A stretch of 64,000 bases of DNA from an uncultured virus (IMG/VR IMGVR_UViG_3300035520_000906) (IMGVR_UViG_3300035520_000906), one strand, 5' to 3'; positions 39,845 to 50,544 are shown, counted from the stretch's first letter. Numbers and translations: made by a program. The notes: generated from the letters alone by a model not told the origin.

Positions 39845-41095
39845 TTAACTAATTTCTGCAAGTATCTTATCTTGTTCAATCTTTGCTAGTGAACTTTCAT
39901 CATATTGTATTTTATCTATATTATCTAAGCATTTGTTAAAAACATTGTCTATTCCTATTACATTATTAAGTCTATCTCCATTCATTACTGACCTAGTAGC
40001 TACATCATATAATGCTCTTTGACATTTCTCATCAATTTCATCAGCTGATATTTTGACGTTTTCAATCGCTTTTGACAAAATAATTTTCATATATTCCCAG
40101 TCTCTTAACGATGTAGCTGATGCTGTTTGTGCTTTTTTCCTGAATACCCACTCATTTACTTTTTCATATTTTTTATTGTATGGCTCAGGTAATCTTTTTA
40201 TAATGTCATTGAAGAAATAATTAATGCCTATTGGAATATATCCTCTGTTTATTAGTATTCTGAACTCTATGTACTCATCTATTTTCTTAATTAACTGATA
40301 AACCAAATTCTGTGCTGTTAATTCATCTTCAAGTGCTATCATTATCTTTAGTACTTTTTTACTGTTTGTTTTATCACTTGACATTGGTTTTACTAATTCG
40401 TCTATGAAATCATCTATAATGAAATTCTCAATTCCTTTCATGTAGACTTTCATATCTTTTGCAGTTAGTATTCCATTTTTATGCACATCACAAATATTGT
40501 TTATTTGTTCTTCATATTTATCATATGCTGTACTCATTCTCATTACAAAGAAATCTACTGCACTAGACTCAATTTCTATATTCTTTTCTTCAAAACATTG
40601 TGCTACTATGTTTTTAAGTATTGGTTTACTTGGAAATCCAAGCTGCATTATATGACTTACCTTACTAAATGATAATACTCTATTTTTAAGCAAATCCTTA
40701 TATTGCATCCAGTCTGTTGATACTATTACAAGTATACCATTGTCACTTGGTTCTCTTATGTATTTTAAAAGTTGTTCTTTCTGTTTTTTAGTAAGCATAG
40801 AGTAGTCAGTTCTACAGTACCACTTACCATTAATATTTGCTACACCAATAACTTCCATGAATGTTGCAAAATCAACAGAGTTTGTAAATGTGTCATCTTC
40901 ACCTATATCATCAGGTAGTCCAAATTCTTCTGCAATACCAAAAGATGTAGTAACCATATCATTATTGCCTTTACACATATACTTCAGTGTATCACACACC
41001 ATGTTATTAAACCAGACATACTTACCTACAACAATCATTACTCGTGTATTTTCATATATCTCTGCGTTAAGCATTTCTTTGAATCCGTATTTCAT
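39845..41095 (-). CDS. DNA polymerase III delta (HolA)-like clamp-loader subunit
   Basis: LLKYIREPSDNGILVIV; LKNIVAQCFEEKNIEIESSAVDFFV; IENFIIDDFIDEL. Confidence 0.65.
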   Translation of the reverse strand: MKYGFKEMLNAEIYENTRVMIVVGKYVWFNNMVCDTLKYMCKGNNDMVTTSFGIAEEFGLPDDIGEDDTFTNSVDFATFMEVIGVANINGKWYCRTDYSMLTKKQKEQLLKYIREPSDNGILVIVSTDWMQYKDLLKNRVLSFSKVSHIMQLGFPSKPILKNIVAQCFEEKNIEIESSAVDFFVMRMSTAYDKYEEQINNICDVHKNGILTAKDMKVYMKGIENFIIDDFIDELVKPMSSDKTNSKKVLKIMIALEDELTAQNLVYQLIKKIDEYIEFRILINRGYIPIGINYFFNDIIKRLPEPYNKKYEKVNEWVFRKKAQTASATSLRDWEYMKIILSKAIENVKISADEIDEKCQRALYDVATRSVMNGDRLNNVIGIDNVFNKCLDNIDKIQYDESSLAKIEQDKILAEIS

Positions 41096-41249
41096 AGTTT
41101 ACTCCATGCTATAAATAATTGTAATTATACTAAAAAATTCAACTACCTCAAATACTAATATGTACTATTTCATACACTTAACAATTATAAAAAACAACTT
41201 TTTAACAATCCCTATTGCTCATAATGTTTTATTTATTGTAATTATATAA

Positions 41250-41278
41250 TAAAAAAGGGATACCTAAGTATCCCTTTT
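41250..41278 (-). terminator. Intrinsic terminator
   Basis: AAAAGGGATAC/GTATCCCTTTT stem. Confidence 0.7.
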
Positions 41279-41316
41279 AAATGATTACTATTTATTGTTA
41301 CTGTAATTTGTAATTA

Positions 41317-43083
41317 CTAGATTGTTACACCCTTGAACTTAACGCTCAAACCTTCACAACCCTTTTCATTGCATTTGTAAACAGTTGCTGTCTTAACTCT
41401 TGATGAGCTATCCACGGACCATTTCTTTGTATCGTGTGTATGTATTCTTGACTTGTTTCCATCAAGATACATTGAAGCATTATGCATCCAAAGTTTCTTA
41501 TTGAGTTTTATACCCTCATTCTGAACTTTGTTGTACAATGCTGAAGCAGCTGCATACTGCTTTTCAAGATCACTGATTTCAAGTACTGCTGACACATACT
41601 TAATTACTGATTCTGAAACAACTTCTGTGTTGTTTGCTCTCACAGCATCAAGTATCTTTGAACCAGTAAGTTTGTTTGCATCATATCCATTAAGGATGTA
41701 CTCAATCTCAACAGAAGCTGCTGCATCTTCTGTCTTTGCTCCAGCTTCACCCTTTGCTGCTGGCTTACCAGGAACTGTATATGCTCCAGTATAGATATCA
41801 ATACCGGCTTCTTTGAGAGCTAACAATCCTTCTTTGCTGTACATTGCATAAGCACCAGCAACTTTTTGTTTCTTAGCTTTAGCTACTCCATCATCACCTA
41901 AGGATGCCTTAAGGTTCTTCATTAAACCACCCTTTGGTCCCATAGCTTTCTCAATAAGCTTTAATTCATATCTCTTTCTGCACAGATTAGTAATCTGTTT
42001 TGCAGATAAGATACTGCTCTTACGCTTATCCTTTGAAATCAGGTCAATGTTACTCGTATCTACCCTATAGAATGTTAATGCCTTTGCATCAATTACCTGT
42101 CCAAGAGGTCCAGTAATTGTCGGGTCAGTAATTTTCTCTAATGCTAAACTTCCACCAAGTTTCTTGATGAGTTCCTCTTCCTTATCAGTAGGAACTGCGA
42201 TACCGAATCTCTTGATGTAGTTCTCACCATTATTGAAAATACTCTTTACTCTGTAAACGTAACTTGTAACATTACTTGTTGTTCCGTTAATAGCTACTTC
42301 AACGACACCAACTTTCTTAAATCCTGCATTTACATTTAACTTAGTTGCACTGAAAATTGGCTTAGGACTTGCTACCTCTCCAATACAAAGAGAAGTAAAT
42401 CCTTCAGTGGTTGTCTCACCATCTGATGTAGTTGCTACATAATCTTCATTAGGCAACTTAATAATGCAACCATGACAAGAGTCAATGAAGTTGTAAATGT
42501 CAAGAATGTCAAATCCACTCTCAACTATACCGTTGATTTCACTTTCCTTATCCTTTGCTGCTGAACGAAGTCTCTTTGTAGCTTTTTCAGGAGCCTGCCC
42601 GATAAGTTCTGCTGGAATATCATCAAGAGATACACCATTCTTACCACAGATGTACTGTCTGTTTGTCTTAGATGTTCTGATAATGAAGTTACCTGGCTTG
42701 AACCACTTTGAAATATAGAGAAGAGCCTCATATCTAAGATTCTCTTCACTTCCGTCTGAGAAGTGAACTCTAAATCCAAAGTTCTCATTGTCCTTAATAA
42801 ATCTCTTAACAATATTTACAGTGTTGTCAACAGGAATATACTTATTCTCTGCATAAACCACCATAGGCAATGAGTTGATTCTGAAATTACTCTTTTCTGC
42901 AATCTTACCGTTTGACACGGTAATCTGATTGTTGTTAAGCTTCATCTGAATGATATTATCAGTTGGGATTCCACGTTCAATTCTATCAGTTGAAAATCCG
43001 CCGAACTCTTTTTCCTTGCCTTCAGCCATGAAACCAATAAGATTTTTGTTTGTATCAACAATTGTTTTAGTTAATTTAATCAT
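41317..43083 (-). CDS. Large hypothetical protein
   Basis: AAGGAG RBS favours the start at MIKLTK (43083); promoter TTGATT-17-TGnTATTAT just upstream. Confidence 0.8.
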   Translation of the reverse strand: MIKLTKTIVDTNKNLIGFMAEGKEKEFGGFSTDRIERGIPTDNIIQMKLNNNQITVSNGKIAEKSNFRINSLPMVVYAENKYIPVDNTVNIVKRFIKDNENFGFRVHFSDGSEENLRYEALLYISKWFKPGNFIIRTSKTNRQYICGKNGVSLDDIPAELIGQAPEKATKRLRSAAKDKESEINGIVESGFDILDIYNFIDSCHGCIIKLPNEDYVATTSDGETTTEGFTSLCIGEVASPKPIFSATKLNVNAGFKKVGVVEVAINGTTSNVTSYVYRVKSIFNNGENYIKRFGIAVPTDKEEELIKKLGGSLALEKITDPTITGPLGQVIDAKALTFYRVDTSNIDLISKDKRKSSILSAKQITNLCRKRYELKLIEKAMGPKGGLMKNLKASLGDDGVAKAKKQKVAGAYAMYSKEGLLALKEAGIDIYTGAYTVPGKPAAKGEAGAKTEDAAASVEIEYILNGYDANKLTGSKILDAVRANNTEVVSESVIKYVSAVLEISDLEKQYAAASALYNKVQNEGIKLNKKLWMHNASMYLDGNKSRIHTHDTKKWSVDSSSRVKTATVYKCNEKGCEGLSVKFKGVTI

Positions 43084-43316
43084 GTTTTCTTTCTCCTTTA
43101 CTTTATTTATTATACCCATATAATATCACAAATTTTCAGAAAAATCAAGACTAGTGCCTAAAAAATTTTAAATTTATGTATACTCTGTTTTAAAATAACT
43201 GCTTTTCAGCTTACTTAATGTATTAAAACTGCTTTAATATTTTATATTTTATGTGTACTCTGTTTTTTACTGTTAGACCTACTAACTCAATATTTTCAAC
43301 TTAAATAAAAAATGAC

Positions 43317-43355
43317 AAAAAATATTGGCAGCTGATTAAACTCAACTGCCAATAT
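43317..43355 (-). terminator. Intrinsic terminator
   Basis: ATATTGGCAG/CTGCCAATAT stem plus T-run. Confidence 0.7.
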
Positions 43356-43382
43356 GCTTTATTCTTATAATATTTCTTTGTG

Positions 43383-44324
43383 TTACTGAATCTTAATACT
43401 AGAGAATTTTGTTACAATCTTCTTTGCATAAGACTTAGCTGCCTCTGCTGCTTCAGAATCATTTAATGCTCCGCCAACAGCTTTCCAAGAGTGGTCAAGT
43501 TTAACAGTAGCTTCATCAGCTTCACCATCTGTATACTTGATAGCAGATACTGTAATACCACCAATGTTGTTGCTTATCTTAGCTTTGTGCTGAGCAAGTT
43601 TCTCAAATACAGATGTCTCAAATACACCGTAAATACTGTTAGCACCCATTCTCTGAATTGCTAAGGAATCTCTTACAGACTGTCCAGCTACTTTAACTAC
43701 TTCGCTGATAACCTTTGCATTGGACTTGCTAATTACATCAGTAAGTTTACTCATTTCTGTAGCTGATGTACAAGAAATGATTGCACCAACATAATCTGTA
43801 GCTACTCCAGTAACAGTACAGAAGTACATGATGTCAACAGTTGTATCACCCTTTGGAGCCTTAGCGATCTCAATTGTTCTTAATGGATATGTACCACCAA
43901 TAGCTGATACAATGTCTCCATCCTGTGTATGTCTAATCTTACCATTGCTGATTAAACCTTTGCTTGCTAAGCTAGTAGCATCTACTACGTTAAGTTCAGC
44001 AATTACACCGTTCTGTGTAAATACTGTGTAACCTACAAGTTTTCCGCCCTGTTCTACTCTATCAAGGATAACTGCTCTAGCAACTCCCTCTACCTGATTG
44101 CTTGCTGTGCTGATAAGTGTATACTTATCAAGTGCTCCGTTAGTAGACTCAATACCCTTTGCTCCAACTGCTAAGTTAGCTACGCTGATTTTTCCACCCT
44201 TGATTGCTTTGATTAGTTCAGCAGTTGCTATTGTAACTGTCTGATAATCAGAACTAATCAATGTATAAGCTGTGATATTGTCCTTGGAAGCTCCATGTCT
44301 TGTAATCATTGTATAATTCTTCAT
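43383..44324 (-). CDS. Hypothetical protein with two copies of the recurrent N-terminal module
   Basis: NITAYTL...ELIKAIKGGKISVANL and GKLVGYTV...SKGLISNG. Confidence 0.8.
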   Translation of the reverse strand: MKNYTMITRHGASKDNITAYTLISSDYQTVTIATAELIKAIKGGKISVANLAVGAKGIESTNGALDKYTLISTASNQVEGVARAVILDRVEQGGKLVGYTVFTQNGVIAELNVVDATSLASKGLISNGKIRHTQDGDIVSAIGGTYPLRTIEIAKAPKGDTTVDIMYFCTVTGVATDYVGAIISCTSATEMSKLTDVISKSNAKVISEVVKVAGQSVRDSLAIQRMGANSIYGVFETSVFEKLAQHKAKISNNIGGITVSAIKYTDGEADEATVKLDHSWKAVGGALNDSEAAEAAKSYAKKIVTKFSSIKIQ

Positions 44325-44511
44325 TATAGTGTATCTCCTTTACATTTAATGATCTTAATACTATCTTCTTATTACATTTTTTATTAAAAATAAATATACC
44401 TATATTCACAAAAAAGACTGTAAATTAGACGTTTAATAGTAAATGATGTATAACTGAAAATCAACTCTGTTAAATATACAATAGTCACAATTACTCATCA
44501 ATAGTCACAGG

Positions 44512-45559
44512 TTAGAAGTCATTTTCCTCAAGTATATCTGATTCATCAAGGTTATAATTCGAAATAAACAGTTCCTCCCCTGCGAGAGCGTCTTCCTTAT
44601 TATTTCCAGACATTGTATATCCACCAGGAATAGTGAATGGTTTGAAATAACATGGAGTTCCGAAATAAGTATTTCCTGCAAACAGTTTTCTTACAATGAC
44701 TGAATCGTCATAAGTTACAAACCACTTACATGGCATTGCTTTTGTAAAGTCTGCAAAATGCTGATGAGGAAATCCTCTATGTGTTGACCCTCCTTTTCCA
44801 TACAGTCCACTCTCTTCTTGTTTAGCGTATGGTGGATCAAGGAAAATGAAGCAATCATTTGGATTATAGTCCTTTATCATTCCCATTGTTTCTTCAAATG
44901 ATACATTATAGATTTCTATTTTCTGTAAAAGTCTATTAGCATCATATATGACATTTAACTTATCAAGAGTGAACTCACAGAACTGATCCTTACTTAATGA
45001 ACCTGCATCTCCCATACCACTAAATGATATTTTGTTTACAAGTATCATGCGTGCTGCTCTCTCTAAAGTTGTCATCTGAGTTGTATCAACTGTTTCTGCC
45101 CAATTCCAGAATTCTTTACCTTCCTTACATGCCAGATTATATAAAGCAATTTTATCTCTAATATTCTGTTTATCTGCTTCTGTAAGAATTTCAGATTGCT
45201 CGAAATTCTCCATTTCTCCGCCCTTGAGATATTTTCTTGCTTCACCACATATAAATCCACTGTTGTGTATAGCTGGTTGATTTGGACATTTTTCTGTAAA
45301 CCACTTTGTTGCAATTTCTTCAACTGCTGATGGGTCTGTTTTGATGCCCTGCCAGAGTGCCCACATTTCTGTATATAGGTCTCCTCCTATCATTCTTTCA
45401 AGTTTTGTAAATCTACTATCGTCGGCTACACTTAAACTTACTGATCCTCCACCAAAAAATGGTTCTACAAATACTTTCATATCTGTTGGAAAGTATTCTA
45501 CCATATATGGGTAAAACCTCCATTTAGCGCCTAGGATAGCTTACGACAGGTTGTGCCAT
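44512..45559 (-). CDS. Dam/D12-class N6-adenine methyltransferase, 5' end frameshifted
   Basis: FVEPFFGGGSV and FLDPPY; N-terminal MAQPVVSYP/GAKW split by one extra base at 45532. Confidence 0.85.
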
Positions 45560-45725
45560 AAGCTTACTTTGCTCCCTTCTTTAGCATTATTTACCTATTA
45601 AATTTAGGTACGCTTGTAGTCAAATTTGACTATTTAATAAATAATTTATTTTATATACATCAGTGTAATTAATATATGTACATTTCTTACACTGATGTAT
45701 TTTTAATTATGTTTCTTAGCTTATT

Positions 45726-46565
45726 TTATAATCCTAATGTGTTAAACACATCTTCAAGTAATGATGCATCTTCATTATCACTATCTTCTGCACCCTCAAG
45801 TAATCCTATATTTATGATAAGTCCATAAGCTAACTTGTCTGTATCAATCTTATCTAACTCTTCTATTTTGTTCACACCACCACAGTCATCTACTCCAATA
45901 AGAATGATCTTTCCCGTGTTGTCATTGACTATCTTGCTTAACATCAGTTCAGCATGCTCTATCTCTGATACTTCATTATTTATTCTGTTTAATTCTCCGT
46001 CATCCAACTCATAAACTGAACCGTTTTTTATCTTATCTAATGTATCTTTACTATATTTATCCTCAATACCAAGTGTTTCTATGGCTTTATCAAGTGTCAT
46101 ATCACACCATAATCTGTCACTTTCATTGAATGATACTGTGTCACCATCAATTACAATGTCTGGATTTTCAAAGTCTGCTACTGCTAGCAAAAGTTCTTTG
46201 ATTACAGCATCATTGTTCATGTCTATTACACATTCATCTGTCTCAGCATTATAGCAGCTCTCTAAGTATAAATCATTTCCATCATGATCCATGTTAGCTA
46301 TCTTGAGTAGTATAGTTGTATTTGTTGTGTCATCTATAAGTTCCATGTATGCTCCATCTGCCGCGTGCATTGCTGTACACTCAGAATAGTCAACATCACC
46401 CTTTATTTCATCTTTTAGTAACTTATTAAATAGTTCACTATTCTCCTTTTCAATGAATGATTCCAATGTATCAAGTGATTCAAGTTCACTCTCATCGTAA
46501 AGTTCTGATACAAATACTCCTCTTACTACACCTTTTCTACCAATTCTGAAAGTTACTCTGCTCAT
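45726..46565 (-). CDS. Acidic hypothetical protein
   Basis: AGGAGG RBS favours the start at MSRVTF (46565). Confidence 0.75.
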   Translation of the reverse strand: MSRVTFRIGRKGVVRGVFVSELYDESELESLDTLESFIEKENSELFNKLLKDEIKGDVDYSECTAMHAADGAYMELIDDTTNTTILLKIANMDHDGNDLYLESCYNAETDECVIDMNNDAVIKELLLAVADFENPDIVIDGDTVSFNESDRLWCDMTLDKAIETLGIEDKYSKDTLDKIKNGSVYELDDGELNRINNEVSEIEHAELMLSKIVNDNTGKIILIGVDDCGGVNKIEELDKIDTDKLAYGLIINIGLLEGAEDSDNEDASLLEDVFNTLGL

Positions 46566-47286
46566 TTCTTTGTTCCTCCTGAAACTTGCTTTACTTTGTT
46601 TACATCTACATAATGACAACAAGTTGTACCTATTGTATGATTTATTTTGTTTGTTGTCATTGTATACCAACAATGATTTATTTCTGTATCTCTATATGCA
46701 CATGTTCTACATATCATTGGTATCCCATCTGTTTTTTCTTCTAAGTTTACTAATAACTTAGCTACCTTACGTCTTTCTTTTTCTTCTTGTGTACAAGTAT
46801 TAAGTATACTTATATACTTGTACCAGCATCACTTTTAGACGTTTTTTCTTTTTTGTGAGGTCCTTTCTTTACTGTATATCTTATATTATTGTTAATGATA
46901 AACTGTTTTAATACTTGGTAACTGACACAAATTTTATTTGCCATTGAGCTTATTGATTCGCCGTTATCAAAATCCTGTTGTAGTTTATCTACACCATATT
47001 TAACAATCTTCTCTGTATCAAGTTCTTGAGCACTCTTCTTAGGTTTTTTAATTTTATCTGTGTTAACCTTATCTTCTTGTATAGAATTTATATTGCTTTC
47101 TGTTTTCTCTACACAATCATGTGCTTTTACTAACTTGAACCCTCGTTTGATGATTTTGTTCAAGTCATCTATACACTTATCACACAAGTCATAACTATTA
47201 GTTCCTACTGTAATTGTATTTATATGTCCGTCAGTTACAATTTTACTACATTGTTTATTATCACATCTAAATGCTTCTACTTTCAT
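46562..47286 (-). pseudogene. Zn-finger/HTH/Cys-rich protein interrupted by an 8-bp duplication
   Basis: ORF stops at 46810 inside AAGTATAT-AAGTATAC; the other frame stays open to a TGA overlapping the next ATG. Confidence 0.6.
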
Positions 47287-47995
47287 ATTTTTGTCCCCTA
47301 TTCTTAAAATTAAAAGTTTCTAATAATATATTAATGATTACTACTACGATACACACCAATTGATTTGTTGATACTATATTTCTATTAGAGTAATATCTTA
47401 AATAATCTAAGCTAAATTTTAATATTGCATATGATATCAATGTTACTCTTACTGTTTTACTTTGTAACTTGTTTCTCAATAAATTAAGTATTATAAACAC
47501 AATTAAGAATGTTACTGATTCAAATAATTGTACTGGAAATAAATTCTGCATGTTCTTCTTAGTATCTATGTATGTAATATTTAATAATCCAGTATATCTT
47601 ATTCCATAGCAGCATCCTGCTAATAAGCACCCTATTTTTGATATTGAATACATAAGTCCTAAACTTAATATGTATGTTTCATATAATATATCCTTATTGT
47701 GTTTATTCATTTTTGTATATATTGATGTTCCAATTATCAAGCCTATCATTCCGCCTAAGCTTGAGAATCCTAACTGATTTGCTTCTTTATATTTTATCAG
47801 TTGCTCTATCATTGTAAATGTTATGCTACAATATAGAATTAATATTGTATTTAAAAACATTGAATATGCTATATGCTTATTTTCTACTCCGTTGTTTCTT
47901 AGTTTAACTGCTACATATAAATAACTTATTAAGAATGATAACATAAAACATATAGCATACTGTGATATTTTCCAATGTTGTATTGTTATTATCAT
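47267..47995 (-). CDS. lgt: Prolipoprotein diacylglyceryl transferase-like protein
   Basis: GFSSLGGMIG, KIGCLLAGCCYG, FPVQLFES, KFSLDYLR; multi-TM. Confidence 0.85.
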   Translation of the reverse strand: MIITIQHWKISQYAICFMLSFLISYLYVAVKLRNNGVENKHIAYSMFLNTILILYCSITFTMIEQLIKYKEANQLGFSSLGGMIGLIIGTSIYTKMNKHNKDILYETYILSLGLMYSISKIGCLLAGCCYGIRYTGLLNITYIDTKKNMQNLFPVQLFESVTFLIVFIILNLLRNKLQSKTVRVTLISYAILKFSLDYLRYYSNRNIVSTNQLVCIVVVIINILLETFNFKNRGQKYESRSI

Positions 47996-47999
47996 TTTA

Positions 48000-48425
48000 T
48001 TACCCTATATTTCCACAACCCTGTAAACTCATTATGCATGTATTTAGTAATACTATACATGCTACTATTGCTAATATTGTCAGTATTACATAAATTATTA
48101 CTAGTACTATATATACCCACATGACTACTTTTGATGCAATGTTTTTTGGGTACCTTATTCTGGTGTCTATTATCAAAATTACAGATGCTATTTTAAATAA
48201 TACTATTATACATGCATATATTTCCATTGCAGTTGAAGAAATATCGAGTTCTATATTATATGATTTTGAATATATACTATACATTGATAATGCTATTACA
48301 CTGATTATTGTTGGTGTAAACATCAAAATTAAGGATATCAATGTTCTTTTATTTGCAATTTTGTCATTTATATATTGTTGTTCATTATTATCTGTGCATT
48401 GCTTATTATCTTGAAAGTCATCCAT
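48000..48425 (-). CDS. 3-TM membrane protein with Cys-rich C-terminus
   Basis: Ends ACIVLLNTCIMSLQGCGNIG; directly upstream of lgt. Confidence 0.75.
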   Translation of the reverse strand: MDDFQDNKQCTDNNEQQYINDKIANKRTLISLILMFTPTIISVIALSMYSIYSKSYNIELDISSTAMEIYACIIVLFKIASVILIIDTRIRYPKNIASKVVMWVYIVLVIIYVILTILAIVACIVLLNTCIMSLQGCGNIG

Positions 48426-49173
48426 TATTTTTATTAAAGTCCTTTCTCAGGTATAGCATGTTGCCTTCTGTTTTGCTAAGTTGTATTAACTTATGTTGTT
48501 GTGGACTTGAATCTACTGTAATTAGCTCTCTTACTTTCTGTTTTATGTATTCTTCTGCATTGTCAACTTTAATTAAATCCTTTGATAACAACATATCTAC
48601 ATGGTCTAATATATCCCACACCTGTTCTTTTATCTCTTGTTTAATATTCTTATCAACTGTTATGCTACTCTCAAGATTTGTTCTGTATATATTAAACTTA
48701 ACAACTTCTGAATCTGTATTGAATCGTTCTTTCTTATCAACCTTTTGTTCTTTTTGGTCTATAAATGTTTCTGACTCGTGACCTTTAACAAAGTACTGAT
48801 AAAGAAATGCTATTGCCTCATCTTTGGATGGCATCTTACCATTCATCTTCTCGGCAAAATACATATGAAGATTGATTACATTACCACCTTTTTGGCATCC
48901 AAAACAATAAAATGACTCTGTATCTTCATAATATCTAAAAGATGGTGTATCCTCATCATGAAGACAGCAGCAAGCCCTTGGATCATTGTCAAAGTTAACA
49001 GGATAGTTGTCATAATAACTTCCAAGCTGTGGTATTACTATATTATAGAAATACATTGGTATTGTTACATGAGATTTGACAGCTGCTGCCATAGATTTAA
49101 TCTGTGTTGTAGTTTGAACAGTACCTGTTCCTTTATTCTGTTGACCATTGTTAATTATACTACTCATTGTCAA
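48418..49173 (-). CDS. Stand-alone CHC2 (DnaG-type) zinc-finger protein
   Basis: CCLHDEDTPSF...FYCFGCQKGGNVI. Confidence 0.85.
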   Translation of the reverse strand: MTMSSIINNGQQNKGTGTVQTTTQIKSMAAAVKSHVTIPMYFYNIVIPQLGSYYDNYPVNFDNDPRACCCLHDEDTPSFRYYEDTESFYCFGCQKGGNVINLHMYFAEKMNGKMPSKDEAIAFLYQYFVKGHESETFIDQKEQKVDKKERFNTDSEVVKFNIYRTNLESSITVDKNIKQEIKEQVWDILDHVDMLLSKDLIKVDNAEEYIKQKVRELITVDSSPQQHKLIQLSKTEGNMLYLRKDFNKNNG

Positions 49174-49182
49174 CTCCTATGA

Positions 49183-50544
49183 TTAACCTGATATTCTGAA
49201 ACTATTCATTTTCCTCCACTGATTAAACTTAACTTCATAATCAGCTAACTTGTTGTTTGTAATTTCAATATCGTTATAAGGTTTAATTACTGTTACTCTT
49301 GTAAATTCCTCTGTGGCTTTATATTCAACTCTTGCTACTATATTTTCTTTAGCTTCTCTATAGAATTTAATCTTGACAATCGAATCATAACTACAGCCAT
49401 CTCTTGACAACATTATGTTTCTCATAATCATATTTATAAGACCTTCATAATATGCTCTTGGTACTGAAATTGTATCATCTGTTTTTAGTACCTTTAACAT
49501 AGTGTCATATAAATAGCTATTCATTGTAATACTAGAATTTTCTGTGTCATCTTCTGCATTTTCATCTGTATCATCAGGTTCAACTATGCTATCTACACAT
49601 ACCATTTTCTCATGAACATCATCTGGAAGTGGACCATAGCTTTTACTAATTGCTTCCTTATATGAATTGGCCATGTCTTCAAATTTCTTAGCCATTGCAT
49701 TCATATTATTTGTAGCACTTATCAATGCACTTACATACTCATCAGCATTTGTATCTGAATAATTTAACTGTTTATTTTCTACATTTTTAGAATTATTAAC
49801 TAACTGCTCACTAGTTTCATTATCATTAATTGCTGATTCATTATTTTTAACAATGTCTAATGCTAATTCATGATCTAAAATATTCTTAGTTGCTATTGTT
49901 TCTTCCTTTTTGTCTGTTTCTTCTCCTATATGTTGAATTATCTCTTCCTGTGCTTCAACAAGCTTATCCAAAGTGTCATCTGCATTATTTTCTTCAGCTT
50001 TGATATTACTTACACCAGCTTCAAGCTGAAATTTTGATTTAATTTCCTCTTTTTCCTTTGTTTCCTCAATTTCAGTTTGTTCTTCTATTTCTTTCCCAGT
50101 GATTATAGCAATAAACTTATCTGTTTCAATCTGCTTGTTATTGCTTAAATCTATTCTTCTTACTACACTGAACCACTGTTTGTTATAATTTCCTCTGAAT
50201 ATCTCTTCATTCTGACTTGTTATATCTACTGTACACTTAGGATCACATGTGCTATTTATATAATCACTCTGACAGTTATCTAAATATTTCTTCTGTACCC
50301 ATGCTAAAGCTGGTTTCTTTCCAACTTTTGTATCCTGTACAATACCGCATACACCAAATGTTTTGTGATAAAATACTACTGTACCTTTCATGTTACAAGT
50401 TTTATCATAAACTTCTTTTGCATTGTTACTTGTAAAGCCGTATCTCATATAAATTCCAGTTGCTATATCAAAACCACCATACGCAATACTACTATTTTTT
50501 GCATTTACAGGCACTATTAATATATTGTTGTTTTCTGGCTTCAT
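49183..50544 (-). CDS. Hypothetical protein, acidic centre
   Basis: 453-aa ORF with RBS. Confidence 0.75.
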   Translation of the reverse strand: MKPENNNILIVPVNAKNSSIAYGGFDIATGIYMRYGFTSNNAKEVYDKTCNMKGTVVFYHKTFGVCGIVQDTKVGKKPALAWVQKKYLDNCQSDYINSTCDPKCTVDITSQNEEIFRGNYNKQWFSVVRRIDLSNNKQIETDKFIAIITGKEIEEQTEIEETKEKEEIKSKFQLEAGVSNIKAEENNADDTLDKLVEAQEEIIQHIGEETDKKEETIATKNILDHELALDIVKNNESAINDNETSEQLVNNSKNVENKQLNYSDTNADEYVSALISATNNMNAMAKKFEDMANSYKEAISKSYGPLPDDVHEKMVCVDSIVEPDDTDENAEDDTENSSITMNSYLYDTMLKVLKTDDTISVPRAYYEGLINMIMRNIMLSRDGCSYDSIVKIKFYREAKENIVARVEYKATEEFTRVTVIKPYNDIEITNNKLADYEVKFNQWRKMNSFRISG

